Shown here piece after piece: positions 1 through 7,691 of a stretch of 64,000 bases of DNA. The position numbers and the translations under genes were made by a program. The notes beneath the pieces were generated by a model, which saw only the letters and a list, made by a program, of their open reading frames with translations, was not told the origin of the DNA and made no database searches. The DNA comes from Patescibacteria group bacterium (GTDB taxonomy: Bacteria; Patescibacteriota; Patescibacteriia; UBA9570), in assembly GCA_041660305.1 (NCBI GenBank), contig JBAZWO010000001.1:113909-177908 (forward strand), read 5' to 3'. Numbering within the stretch: position 1 is the stretch's first letter; each line of letters starts with the position of its first letter.

Positions 1-27
1 TTGGGCGGAATGCCCGTGACATCCTTC

Positions 28-732
28 TTACCGGTTGGTTCCCGGAAAAGAAGGAGTTGTCATCATCGCTGCCTGGCCGCCGGTGTTGACATCGCCACCA
101 TTTGCAGTCACTAATGGCTGCTTCATGTGGGTCAGCCCGTACGTGAGCAAACCTGTCGCGATGACCACCCCGGTCGTGATGATTGCGGGCCGGACCCAGG
201 AGCGGTTCCGGCGTGGGGGCTCGTCGGCGGGCAGATCGGCGCCGAGGTCGGGGACGTCGTCGTTCCGGACGGGGGTCTCGGCGAACGTGAATGCCGGCAT
301 GGAGATACCGGTGGAGGATCCGTCAGCACTATGATTATAGTACTTGAACGTTCCACCACTTGCGTTCCCCGATCCGGCCACATCCGCCGCCCTTTGCGCT
401 GCGAGCAGGCTCGCCGTGGCCTCTAGGCACTTTGCCGAGCTGGTCATACCGAGCCCGACGACCTCACCACCTCTCATCAAGGCGGCTTGGAGTGCCTTGT
501 TGGCCTCTTCCTCACTCCGCAAACAGGCGCCCTGCATCTCGAGTACCGTCAAGTCACCCGAGGGAAGGGCTCGTACCCCGCCCGGCATGCTGTAGCCATA
601 GCCAGTGGGGAGGGTCGGGAGAGGCTGAGCGGCCACCGGAGCAGAATTCTGTGCAAAAACAGAGAACTGAACCGCCATCATGATAACGCCCACGATGGCA
701 CAAGCGACGATCAGACTGATCGACTTTTTCAT
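28..732 (-). CDS. hypothetical secreted/membrane-anchored protein (N-terminal signal peptide, C-terminal TM helix), GC-rich
   Basis: 234-aa ORF. N-terminus MKKSISLIVACAIVGVIMMAVQFSVFAQ is signal-peptide-like. There is a C-terminal hydrophobic helix and an AAGGAG ribosome-binding site upstream of the ATG. Local GC is about 62%, against about 35% for the window bulk. Confidence 0.5.
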   Translation of the reverse strand: MKKSISLIVACAIVGVIMMAVQFSVFAQNSAPVAAQPLPTLPTGYGYSMPGGVRALPSGDLTVLEMQGACLRSEEEANKALQAALMRGGEVVGLGMTSSAKCLEATASLLAAQRAADVAGSGNASGGTFKYYNHSADGSSTGISMPAFTFAETPVRNDDVPDLGADLPADEPPRRNRSWVRPAIITTGVVIATGLLTYGLTHMKQPLVTANGGDVNTGGQAAMMTTPSFPGTNR

Positions 733-881
733 AACTCAATCTCCTTGATTTTCTGAAAGCCAGCGACCTCGATGGTCGTGTGATACTTCAGGATGAATAC
801 CTGAGGCCGCTGGCAGATTTTACCGAGAAAAACTGGAATCGGACTGCCCACTTCTACGGTGTGGGCAAAAACCGTGCGGCC

Positions 882-1466
882 TTAGCGCGCCGCAGGTGTC
901 GTCGCCGGAATGCCCGATGCACAGAAACTGTAGTAACCGTTTTGACCGGCCGCTACAAGTCCTGCTGCGAGCTTCTCACACAGAGTGAGCGGCTTGGCTT
1001 TGACCACCACGTGCTTTTTGGGCGGGCGCTTGGTGGTTTCGGCCGGCTTCTCGACTTCTTCGGGGGCGGGGGTAGGCTTGGAACAGTCTGTACCGCAGTT
1101 GACGTTGACCACGGTTGTCCCGGGCGGTACGATGGTCGTCGTTCCAGTAGGAGTCGCAGTGGTGGTCGGAGCGGGCGGCTGGCTGGAGCTGGCTCCCGTC
1201 GCTTCCGGTGCCGGAGTCTCCTCCGGTCCGTAGAGCTTGAGAGCGCTCTCGGCTTCCTGCTTCCAGGAGCTTGCCTTCGCCTCCGCCGCTTTCTTCTCAG
1301 CCAAACGCTCGCGCGCCTGGGCGAGAGGCCCGGTGGGCTCACCGGTTACCTCGGCCGCCGAGGCTGCGCCGTTCTTGTCGAGCCAGCGCCCGGCGTACTT
1401 ACCAAGATTCAACGCACCAAAAACGATGATGATGATGATGAGAATAGCTGTGATTCCGCGAAACAT
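882..1466 (-). CDS. N-terminally anchored Pro/Thr-rich protein (TonB-like topology: TM, Pro/Thr linker, Cys-containing C-terminal domain)
   Basis: The ORF track opens with a TTG; the first ATG gives MFRGITAILIIIIIVFGALNLG (one TM). A PAPEATGASSSQPPAPTTTATPTGTTT linker and a four-Cys C-terminal domain follow. The opposite-strand ORF 780..1550 is Arg-rich nonsense. GC-rich. Confidence 0.45.
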   Translation of the reverse strand: MFRGITAILIIIIIVFGALNLGKYAGRWLDKNGAASAAEVTGEPTGPLAQARERLAEKKAAEAKASSWKQEAESALKLYGPEETPAPEATGASSSQPPAPTTTATPTGTTTIVPPGTTVVNVNCGTDCSKPTPAPEEVEKPAETTKRPPKKHVVVKAKPLTLCEKLAAGLVAAGQNGYYSFCASGIPATTPAAR

Positions 1467-1491
1467 AGTGAACCTCCAAATCTGAACGGTG

Positions 1492-2319
1492 TTAAGCCAG
1501 GAAATACATACCAATTAAGAACGCCGCGATCCCGGCAAGAATCGCAATGATCGCCCACTGCTCGTTGGTCACCGCATCGATTCCGGTTTTAGCCGGAATG
1601 GCGGGCTGAGCGGGCGGGATCTCGATCTTGACGACCGCGGTTGCTGGCTCGGGATCCGGCTTGGCCTTCTTGGCTTCTTCGAGTTGCTTACGCAACTCTG
1701 CCAACTCGGCCTCACGCCGACTTTCCGTTGCCTTACGCGCGATCTCAGCTTCTGTCGCCTTCCGATCCGCTTCCACCTTCTGGAGCCGCTCACGCAGCTC
1801 CTTGGTTTCAGCTTCGGCTTGCTCGCGCGCCGCTTTTTCCTCGGCCAGCTTGCGCTGTGCCTCGGGTTCGGTCTGAACCGGATGCACGGACTCGCGGTCC
1901 TTGCGGAGAACGGAGAACCGGCCGGCAGAGCGGGGAGTCGACTCCTCAGGGGCAGGGGTGGGCTCGGATTTTCCCATCACGCTCTCCCGCACCTTCTTGG
2001 TATCAACGGTCTTGAACAACTCCTCCAGATGGAGGGCGTCACCGTCAATGACCTTGAAGGAAGCGGGAGGTGCGGTAACGGGCGTTTCCGAAGTGAACGT
2101 TGAAATCATTTCGTCCGCCCTTACCTCGGCCTTGCAGCCATAGCTGGTTCGCTTGTTGGCGTGTTCAACCGACAGTTTGCCTTCATCCGTGAAGATGATA
2201 TGGCTTTCCGTACGGTCTGCGTCCAACAGAACGATCAGCAGCACTGCGAACTCGATGGCCGAAGGGGTGTAACCCTCCGGCAGTGCGCGGACGACTTTTC
2301 CGACTGTCAACGAACTCAT
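1492..2319 (-). CDS. tail-anchored coiled-coil protein with N-terminal globular domain
   Basis: ATG at 2317-2319 with GGAGG seven nucleotides upstream (MSSLTVGKVV...). The middle is a charged coiled coil (EAQRKLAEEKAAREQAEAETKELRERLQKVEADRK...). A C-terminal TM helix WAIIAILAGIAAFLIGMYFLA closes the protein. GC-rich. Confidence 0.5.
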   Translation of the reverse strand: MSSLTVGKVVRALPEGYTPSAIEFAVLLIVLLDADRTESHIIFTDEGKLSVEHANKRTSYGCKAEVRADEMISTFTSETPVTAPPASFKVIDGDALHLEELFKTVDTKKVRESVMGKSEPTPAPEESTPRSAGRFSVLRKDRESVHPVQTEPEAQRKLAEEKAAREQAEAETKELRERLQKVEADRKATEAEIARKATESRREAELAELRKQLEEAKKAKPDPEPATAVVKIEIPPAQPAIPAKTGIDAVTNEQWAIIAILAGIAAFLIGMYFLA

Positions 2320-2551
2320 GATAGACCTCCTTTTACTGTAAGAACCTGCCTCCAATCCGCGGATTTGCGGATGGAGGCTACGTTGATTGAACATGTTGCA
2401 CTAAGCTAGTGATATCCTAGAATCTAAGATACCGTTAGCTTAGTACAGACATGCTCTGTAAAAACTTTTTTCATATATTTGCCTATTGTGTGTTGTCAAA
2501 GTACATCCGCCTACGCCCCTTGCGGGACTTCGGCGAGACGCGTCCGATTAT

Positions 2552-2613
2552 CTCCCTCTTCCTCCTCTCCCCCTTCTCCTAAATTAGGAGAAGGGGGTCG
2601 GGGGGTTGAGGTG
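2552..2613. repeat. GC-rich nested-palindromic intergenic repeat (family A copy)
   Basis: cccccttctcct-aaatt-aggagaaggggg hairpin followed by ggggggttgaggtg. Confidence 0.7.
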
Positions 2614-2760
2614 TTTATATCGAACTGTCAGGGATAGATACAAGCATAAGCCTATATCCATCCATCTGACAGCTCAATACAATCCATCCAGCTGCTTGCC
2701 CGCCGTAGTCCTTCGTAGCTTTTAGCGGAGAAGGACGTAGGGGGGACAGCTCGGTACAAG

Positions 2761-2865
2761 CAACCTACCCTACCTCCCGGCCTCCTCCCCTCTAAAGGGA
2801 GGAGGAGAATTTCTCCCCTCCCTCTTTATAGGAGGGAGGGGCCGGGGGTGGAAGGTAGAATGAAA
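2761..2865. repeat. family A repeat copy (two hairpins)
   Basis: cctcctcccctctaaagggaggagg and cccctccctctttataggagggagggg. Confidence 0.7.
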
Positions 2866-2986
2866 AAGGCGCATTCTCGCGATCTACTAGGACGCAATTC
2901 TGACCACCGTTTACATCTATATATATTGTATATAGCTGGGAGCGGCTGCTAAATTGCTAGATCGTATTGAAAATACGCCTTTTTCA

Positions 2987-3032
2987 CTCTTCTCCCTCCC
3001 TTTGCAGGGGAGGGTTGGGGTGGGGTCTGTAA
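2987..3032. repeat. family A repeat fragment
   Basis: ccctccctttgcaggggaggg hairpin plus a G-run. Confidence 0.55.
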
Positions 3033-3228
3033 TTATCGGGTCCTAGACCGATAAAGTTAATTATTGATTTTAAAGAACTAAACACTATAATACTTTTTTA
3101 TGATTCTGTCAATAGCCTGGGAATGGTGGGCTGTGGATATCACAAAAAATACCTAAAAATAGCAATTTTTGACCAACCTAGAAATTTTTGCTATTATCCT
3201 TTTGTCCAACCACAATTAATTATTAATT

Positions 3229-3684
3229 ATGGTTTTTATGCAAGTACAGCCGGTGAATATTAGCCCAACCAATGCCGATTTAATGTTGGCTATCCAACAA
3301 AATAATCGGAAATTAGATCAGCACATTAAAGAATCCGATACTAATCGTATGGAAATTTTATTGGCAATTAACGGTTTTGCTAATTATATGCAAGATAACA
3401 TGGTTACCAAAGAAGAATTTGGCGTAGTAAAACAAGATGTATCAGTGCTCAAACAAGATGTATCGACATTAAAACAAGATGTTAGTGAATTAAAACAGAA
3501 TGTAGCGGTATTAAATAAAAAAGCTAATGATACCGAAATTATTTTAGATGGCATTGCTACCAATGTTCATACCATTCAAACCGATCATTCTTTTGCCATT
3601 GAATGGCTAAAAAGCCATGATAAAAAATTAGACACGCATGAAGCTGACATTAAAAACTTACAGTTTCAATTAGGTTCGATTTGA
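3229..3684 (+). CDS. coiled-coil protein with tandem heptad repeats (KQDVSxL x4)
   Basis: 151 aa with VKQDVSVLKQDVSTLKQDVSELKQNVAVL. Same architecture as the paralogs at 33027 and 35621. Confidence 0.6.
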   Translation: MVFMQVQPVNISPTNADLMLAIQQNNRKLDQHIKESDTNRMEILLAINGFANYMQDNMVTKEEFGVVKQDVSVLKQDVSTLKQDVSELKQNVAVLNKKANDTEIILDGIATNVHTIQTDHSFAIEWLKSHDKKLDTHEADIKNLQFQLGSI

Positions 3685-3936
3685 AATACAGCTAGAATCA
3701 CAGATGGCGCAGATAAAATGCTGATTGCACAGATAAATTCAATTAATTAATTGTATTATCTGTGCTATCAGAAATTAATATCTGTGTAATCTGTGATTCA
3801 AGCATTTTGACCACATTATTCTATATTTGTCAATATATACGAGTGTTAAGACGTAAAAAAACTCGCTAATCACTGGTATAAAGAATCGGAACATAGTTGG
3901 GATGTAGTTTTTTGAAATTATCAATGAGTTTTATTT

Positions 3937-4266
3937 ATGGCTAAAAAAAGAATACTCCCAAAGGCAATAAGCCCATACGTTACAGCGTATTTAACTGTGT
4001 TAAAGGAACAACGTAAATTACCAATTACGGCCGCTTATGTATTTGGTTCGTGGTCAAAAGGCACACAACACGAAGATAGTGATATTGACATGTGTATAAT
4101 TTCACCAAAATTAACCGGCTGGATGAGAAGAGTAGATAAATTATCACCTGTGCCCTACTCTGATTTATTTATTATCGAACCACATGGTTTCACCCCCAAA
4201 GAATTTGACCCAAAAACAGACCCCTTAGCCTACGAGATTGTGAAGTATGGGATTAGGGTGATTTAG
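3937..4266 (+). CDS. minimal nucleotidyltransferase (MNT antitoxin-type), solo
   Basis: GSWSKGTQHEDSDIDMCIIS matches the GS...DxD polymerase-beta nucleotidyltransferase signature. Paralog of 32275..32601. No HEPN partner is adjacent. Confidence 0.75.
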   Translation: MAKKRILPKAISPYVTAYLTVLKEQRKLPITAAYVFGSWSKGTQHEDSDIDMCIISPKLTGWMRRVDKLSPVPYSDLFIIEPHGFTPKEFDPKTDPLAYEIVKYGIRVI

Positions 4267-4280
4267 AATAATAATTCTCA

Positions 4281-4607
4281 GTGATTCAAACATTCAGTAA
4301 AACATGTTACAATATAAGTATGGATAAAGATATGTTAATAAAAACAGTTGTTCAGCTTATTCAGCATGAGCTACCCAATAATTATCGTGTTATATTGTTC
4401 GGTTCCTGGGCAAAAGGTAATGCCCTGCCTGCCTCCGATATGGATTTCGGCATTATTGGTGAACAAGCCTTGCCTTGGGAAAAATATTTATCAATAAAAA
4501 GACAACTAGATAGCATTCCTACGTTGCGCAGTATCGATTTAGTAGATATGAATAGAGTAGATGAACATTTTAAAAAAAATGCCCTGGCATATGCTCAATA
4601 TTTATAA
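4281..4607 (+). CDS. nucleotidyltransferase (MNT, HI0073-like antitoxin)
   Basis: ILFGSWAKGNALPASDMDFGII nucleotidyltransferase motif, directly upstream of a HEPN gene. Confidence 0.75.
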   Translation: MIQTFSKTCYNISMDKDMLIKTVVQLIQHELPNNYRVILFGSWAKGNALPASDMDFGIIGEQALPWEKYLSIKRQLDSIPTLRSIDLVDMNRVDEHFKKNALAYAQYL

Positions 4608-4615
4608 ATAATATT

Positions 4616-4987
4616 ATGCGAGAAATTATTGAATCTTTCGAACAATCCATTAATCGATTAAAAGAAATTTTGCAAGAACAACCAACGATTGCTAATCGTG
4701 ATTCGGCTATTAAGCGTTTTGAATTAACTTGCGAGTTAGCTTGGAAATCATTACAAAAATATTTACGTGAAGAAAAAATTCTTTGTTATTCACCAAAAGA
4801 TTGTTTAAAACAAGCTTTTAAGCTTAATTTAATTCAAGATGATGAACGTTGGTTAAATATGATTGAAGATAGAAATTTATCCGTTCACGTGTATGATGAG
4901 TCTTTTGCCATAGAACTTTATAAGCGTTTACCAAATTACCTGTCTATATTTGAACAGTTATTAAAAACTTTTAAATCGAAATTGTGA
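4616..4987 (+). CDS. HEPN domain protein (HI0074-like nucleotidyltransferase substrate-binding / HEPN toxin)
   Basis: 123 aa, helical, with an R-x4-H-x-Y motif in DRNLSVHVY. Forms an MNT-HEPN pair with 4281..4607. Confidence 0.7.
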   Translation: MREIIESFEQSINRLKEILQEQPTIANRDSAIKRFELTCELAWKSLQKYLREEKILCYSPKDCLKQAFKLNLIQDDERWLNMIEDRNLSVHVYDESFAIELYKRLPNYLSIFEQLLKTFKSKL

Positions 4988-5005
4988 AGTGCGAGATTAA
5001 AGTGT

Positions 5006-5072
5006 TTCAATTATAAAACCCCACTAGACTGTATAGATGCAACTCTGTGCAATCTAGCCTAGTGGGGGTTTA
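5006..5072. terminator. putative bidirectional intrinsic terminator
   Basis: aaaaCCCCACTAG ... CTAGTGGGGgtttattttttt: a 9-bp stem flanked by an A-run and a T-run, just after the HEPN stop. The loop is long at about 31 nt. Confidence 0.45.
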
Positions 5073-5194
5073 TTTTTTTATTATTCCGCTAACCTCATCT
5101 TAAACTTATTGAAAGATAAAGTTACTGGGATATGGCTCAATTCGTCGTGTACAAGTACAGACAAGGCTGAGCCGGAACCTTAGAAAGGAACAAA

Positions 5195-5215
5195 GAGGAT
5201 TTTTTGGAAAAAAGG
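5195..5215. repeat. left terminal inverted repeat of GC-rich island (GAGGATTTTTTGGAAA)
   Basis: Reverse-complement partner at 9029-9048 (TTTCCAAAAAAAATCCTC). GC content jumps between these two sites. Confidence 0.5.
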
Positions 5216-5222
5216 CCGCCGG

Positions 5223-5966
5223 CTACTGGCTGCGGCGCAGACGGATCTCGATCCGTCGCCGCGCCTGGTCATTCCGCTGTTTGGTAGTCCCGGTCGCGAG
5301 AGAACCATCAGGCATCTGGGTCTGACCGGCCGATAGCGGCAACACCTGCAGTTTGCCACCCGTGATACGAGTGTCATTCAGCAGGAACTTGGCCACCGTC
5401 ACGGCTCGGGACAAACCCAGATCAGCGTTCGACCCTAAGGCCACGATCTCGTTGGCTTGTCCACTCAAGAACAGGAGCAAGTCCCGATCGAGAGTGGACA
5501 TCTTTCCGTACATAACCGTTTCGTCGGTATGTCCGACTACTTCGATTATGTCCGTGCCATAGGTCGCGGCCAACGTCAGAATTTGCGGGACGATCTTATC
5601 CCGCAGCTTTGCCTCGAAAGTGGCATCAACGTCCGCAGATCCGGACGTGAACGACCAACCACCCGCTTCGGACAGCGCGATGATGGGAGGCTGATCGTTC
5701 TTGGCCTCGGCCTGAAGCTTCTTCAACTTCTCGGCGTCCATGCCGAGTTTTTTTAGCTCCTCGGCCATGGCGCACACCTGCGCCTCGAGCTTTTTGTTTC
5801 TCTCGACGACCTCCTGTGAGGTCGTTTTTGCCAGGTTCTCCTGCAGCCGGTTGGCGTTGGCTGCAAGGATCATGTTTCCTATCATGGAAAGTGTTAGCAA
5901 AAGCAGAAGCACTTCCCAGCCCATGAGCGACTGGAGAAGTGCAGTGTTTCGTTGGTGTGCTGCCAT
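5223..5966 (-). CDS. MotB/OmpA-like protein (one N-terminal TM, coiled coil, OmpA-type peptidoglycan-binding C-terminal domain)
   Basis: C-terminal domain shows GHTDETVMYG...NADLGLSRAVTVAKFL...RRIEIRLRR, the OmpA_C signature. TM helix WEVLLLLLTLSMIGNMILAA. Its ATG overlaps the upstream stop (TAATG). Confidence 0.75.
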   Translation of the reverse strand: MAAHQRNTALLQSLMGWEVLLLLLTLSMIGNMILAANANRLQENLAKTTSQEVVERNKKLEAQVCAMAEELKKLGMDAEKLKKLQAEAKNDQPPIIALSEAGGWSFTSGSADVDATFEAKLRDKIVPQILTLAATYGTDIIEVVGHTDETVMYGKMSTLDRDLLLFLSGQANEIVALGSNADLGLSRAVTVAKFLLNDTRITGGKLQVLPLSAGQTQMPDGSLATGTTKQRNDQARRRIEIRLRRSQ

Positions 5967-6616
5967 TAATTTTTCCCCCCAGCATTCTGGTCAGGGAAAA
6001 AATCATTCAGATCCACCAACAACTTTCCAATTCCCGCGACCAGTACCCGGAACGCCTCGAGATCACCATTGAGCGCGTCCGAGTTCAGACGAGCTCGAGA
6101 CAACGACGTCCGCAATGCTTCCACCTCGGCCGTCACCGCTCCGATATTGCCGCTCCCGCCACCAACATTGCCCGTGTTACCACCACCACTTGCCGATCCG
6201 CCTCCGGAAAGCCCATCGATATAGTTTAGGGCCACCATACAGGTGAGCCCTATTGCCACCGACATCAGACCCTCCATCAGTGGAGCAACGATCTGACCGA
6301 CGGGCATGTCGGTCAGAGCTTTTGTTTTTACCCCGTCGAACACGATCCCCAAGGAAACTGCAAGAGCAGCAACCAGAGAGATAATGCCAATGGCTTGAAC
6401 CAAGGTAGCCACGGCGGTCAGTTGGACAGGATATTCCGTAGGGTCGTTTCTCAAAAACCACCTAACAGAAGTCACTGTGATAAAGATCATTCCCCCGAAT
6501 GCGGCTATGGGGAAGAGAACCTTCATCACGTTCAGGCTGCCAGAGAACCAGGACACGAGGAGCGCGAGCACAATCGCCACGAGAACTGGCAGCACTCGCC
6601 GAATGAGAAACTTCAT
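5966..6616 (-). CDS. MotA/TolQ/ExbB-like four-TM membrane protein with Gly-rich cytoplasmic tail
   Basis: 216 aa with four predicted TM helices; the last two are spaced like a MotA/ExbB family channel. AGGAGG ribosome-binding site. Tightly coupled to the OmpA-like gene downstream. Confidence 0.5.
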   Translation of the reverse strand: MKFLIRRVLPVLVAIVLALLVSWFSGSLNVMKVLFPIAAFGGMIFITVTSVRWFLRNDPTEYPVQLTAVATLVQAIGIISLVAALAVSLGIVFDGVKTKALTDMPVGQIVAPLMEGLMSVAIGLTCMVALNYIDGLSGGGSASGGGNTGNVGGGSGNIGAVTAEVEALRTSLSRARLNSDALNGDLEAFRVLVAGIGKLLVDLNDFFPDQNAGGKN

Positions 6617-6624
6617 GTCACCTC

Positions 6625-7680
6625 CTACTTTTTGCCATCCGTGAGCAGCTTATTACCGAAATCTTGCGATCCGGAAGACAACTGCCCAGCGTATTTTGCC
6701 ATGTAGTCCTGTACCACCTTTTTTCCGGCCACACCGCCACCCTTGAGGGCGGCCAGAATGGCCATCACGGCCATGTCCCGAACTGCCTCGGACCCGTCCA
6801 AGATTCCGCACTGCCCACCGCCGGCTTTGGCGATGGCCTTGAAGTTCTCGAGCGCGAGAGGGCTACCCTCTTTGCACTCGGAATCCTCGGGATGCGGAAC
6901 GTGGAACGTGTGGATGATGACCTTGCTGTCGCGAAGAGTCTTGGCGACATCGGTCGCGACCCCGTTTGGAACGGGGTATCCTCGCTTCCGATAGTACACC
7001 AGTTCCTCTGCGCTGTGGGCACGGGCATCACCAATTATCAGCACCATGTCCACCACATCCTGCATCTGCACCACTTCGTTCAACCCGTATTCCAGAGCCT
7101 CGGGGTAAGGATATGGATCCTCTCCCCGCTCTCCACCGCCGGCCGCGTAGATACCGCGCAACCACTGCTTGATCTGGCCGGGGTCGTTTCTGAATCCGGA
7201 ACGCTCGATGATCTTGCTGTCACCATAGTCTCGATATGCGATAACCTCGACCTGAAGACGCTCTCCGGCCTGCTCTCTTGCCCGCATGACAATGTCATCC
7301 ATCTGATTCCGGACGCCATTGATGGTGGGTTGTTGAGAACCTGTGGCATCGATGAGGATCACGACCTTGCCCTCTTTCTGGGCCGAGGTCTGCTCTTCCT
7401 TCGCCTGCTGGCCTGCCTGCCGATACCGAGCCATACGATCTTCCTGAGACTCAGACAGCCGACCGACGGCGGTTGACTGAGGCTGCTGCCTGGCCACACC
7501 AGTTACGGTGCTTCCAGGCAGAGCCTTGGGCCCGCTGCCACTGCTGGAGCTCTGCTGGGCACTTCCCGGAGGAAGCGCGCGCTGAGGCTGCTGCTGGCCG
7601 CTGCTGCTTGCTGCTTGCTGCTCGGGGTTCTTTTTTTCTACGTCCTTGTCTCCACCACGAAGCTTGCTAAAAAGTCCCAT
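6625..7680 (-). CDS. von Willebrand factor A (vWA) domain protein with Gln/Ser-rich N-terminal region
   Basis: VVILIDATGSQQ is a MIDAS-like D-x-T-x-S, followed by VEVIAYRDYGDS and MVLIIGDARAH beta-strand motifs typical of the vWA fold. AAGGAG ribosome-binding site. Confidence 0.6.
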   Translation of the reverse strand: MGLFSKLRGGDKDVEKKNPEQQAASSSGQQQPQRALPPGSAQQSSSSGSGPKALPGSTVTGVARQQPQSTAVGRLSESQEDRMARYRQAGQQAKEEQTSAQKEGKVVILIDATGSQQPTINGVRNQMDDIVMRAREQAGERLQVEVIAYRDYGDSKIIERSGFRNDPGQIKQWLRGIYAAGGGERGEDPYPYPEALEYGLNEVVQMQDVVDMVLIIGDARAHSAEELVYYRKRGYPVPNGVATDVAKTLRDSKVIIHTFHVPHPEDSECKEGSPLALENFKAIAKAGGGQCGILDGSEAVRDMAVMAILAALKGGGVAGKKVVQDYMAKYAGQLSSGSQDFGNKLLTDGKK

Positions 7681-7691
7681 CGTTCATCTCC

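Noticed and set aside
780-1550. 256-aa plus-strand ORF overlapping the 882..1466 minus-strand gene
   Set aside because: Arg/Cys-rich low-complexity translation (RRRCRRRNARC...) typical of an antisense frame in GC-rich DNA. The minus-strand frame has a TM helix, a Pro/Thr linker and a sensible start.
5223-6616. Calling the MotA/MotB-like pair a Zorya (ZorAB) defence system or a Tol-Pal/ExbBD system
   Set aside because: The MotA-like protein is 216 aa, with no long ZorA tail. No ZorC/ZorD/ZorE, TolA/TolB, Pal lipobox or TonB gene is in the operon. The partners are vWA and J-domain proteins instead.
6664-7476. 270-aa plus-strand ORF antisense to the vWA gene, along with other plus-strand ORFs in 1628-2143, 5353-6229, 6743-7172 and 7473-8267
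   Set aside because: All lie inside GC-rich minus-strand genes that carry recognisable domains and ribosome-binding sites. Their compositions are Arg/Pro/His-rich with no motifs.
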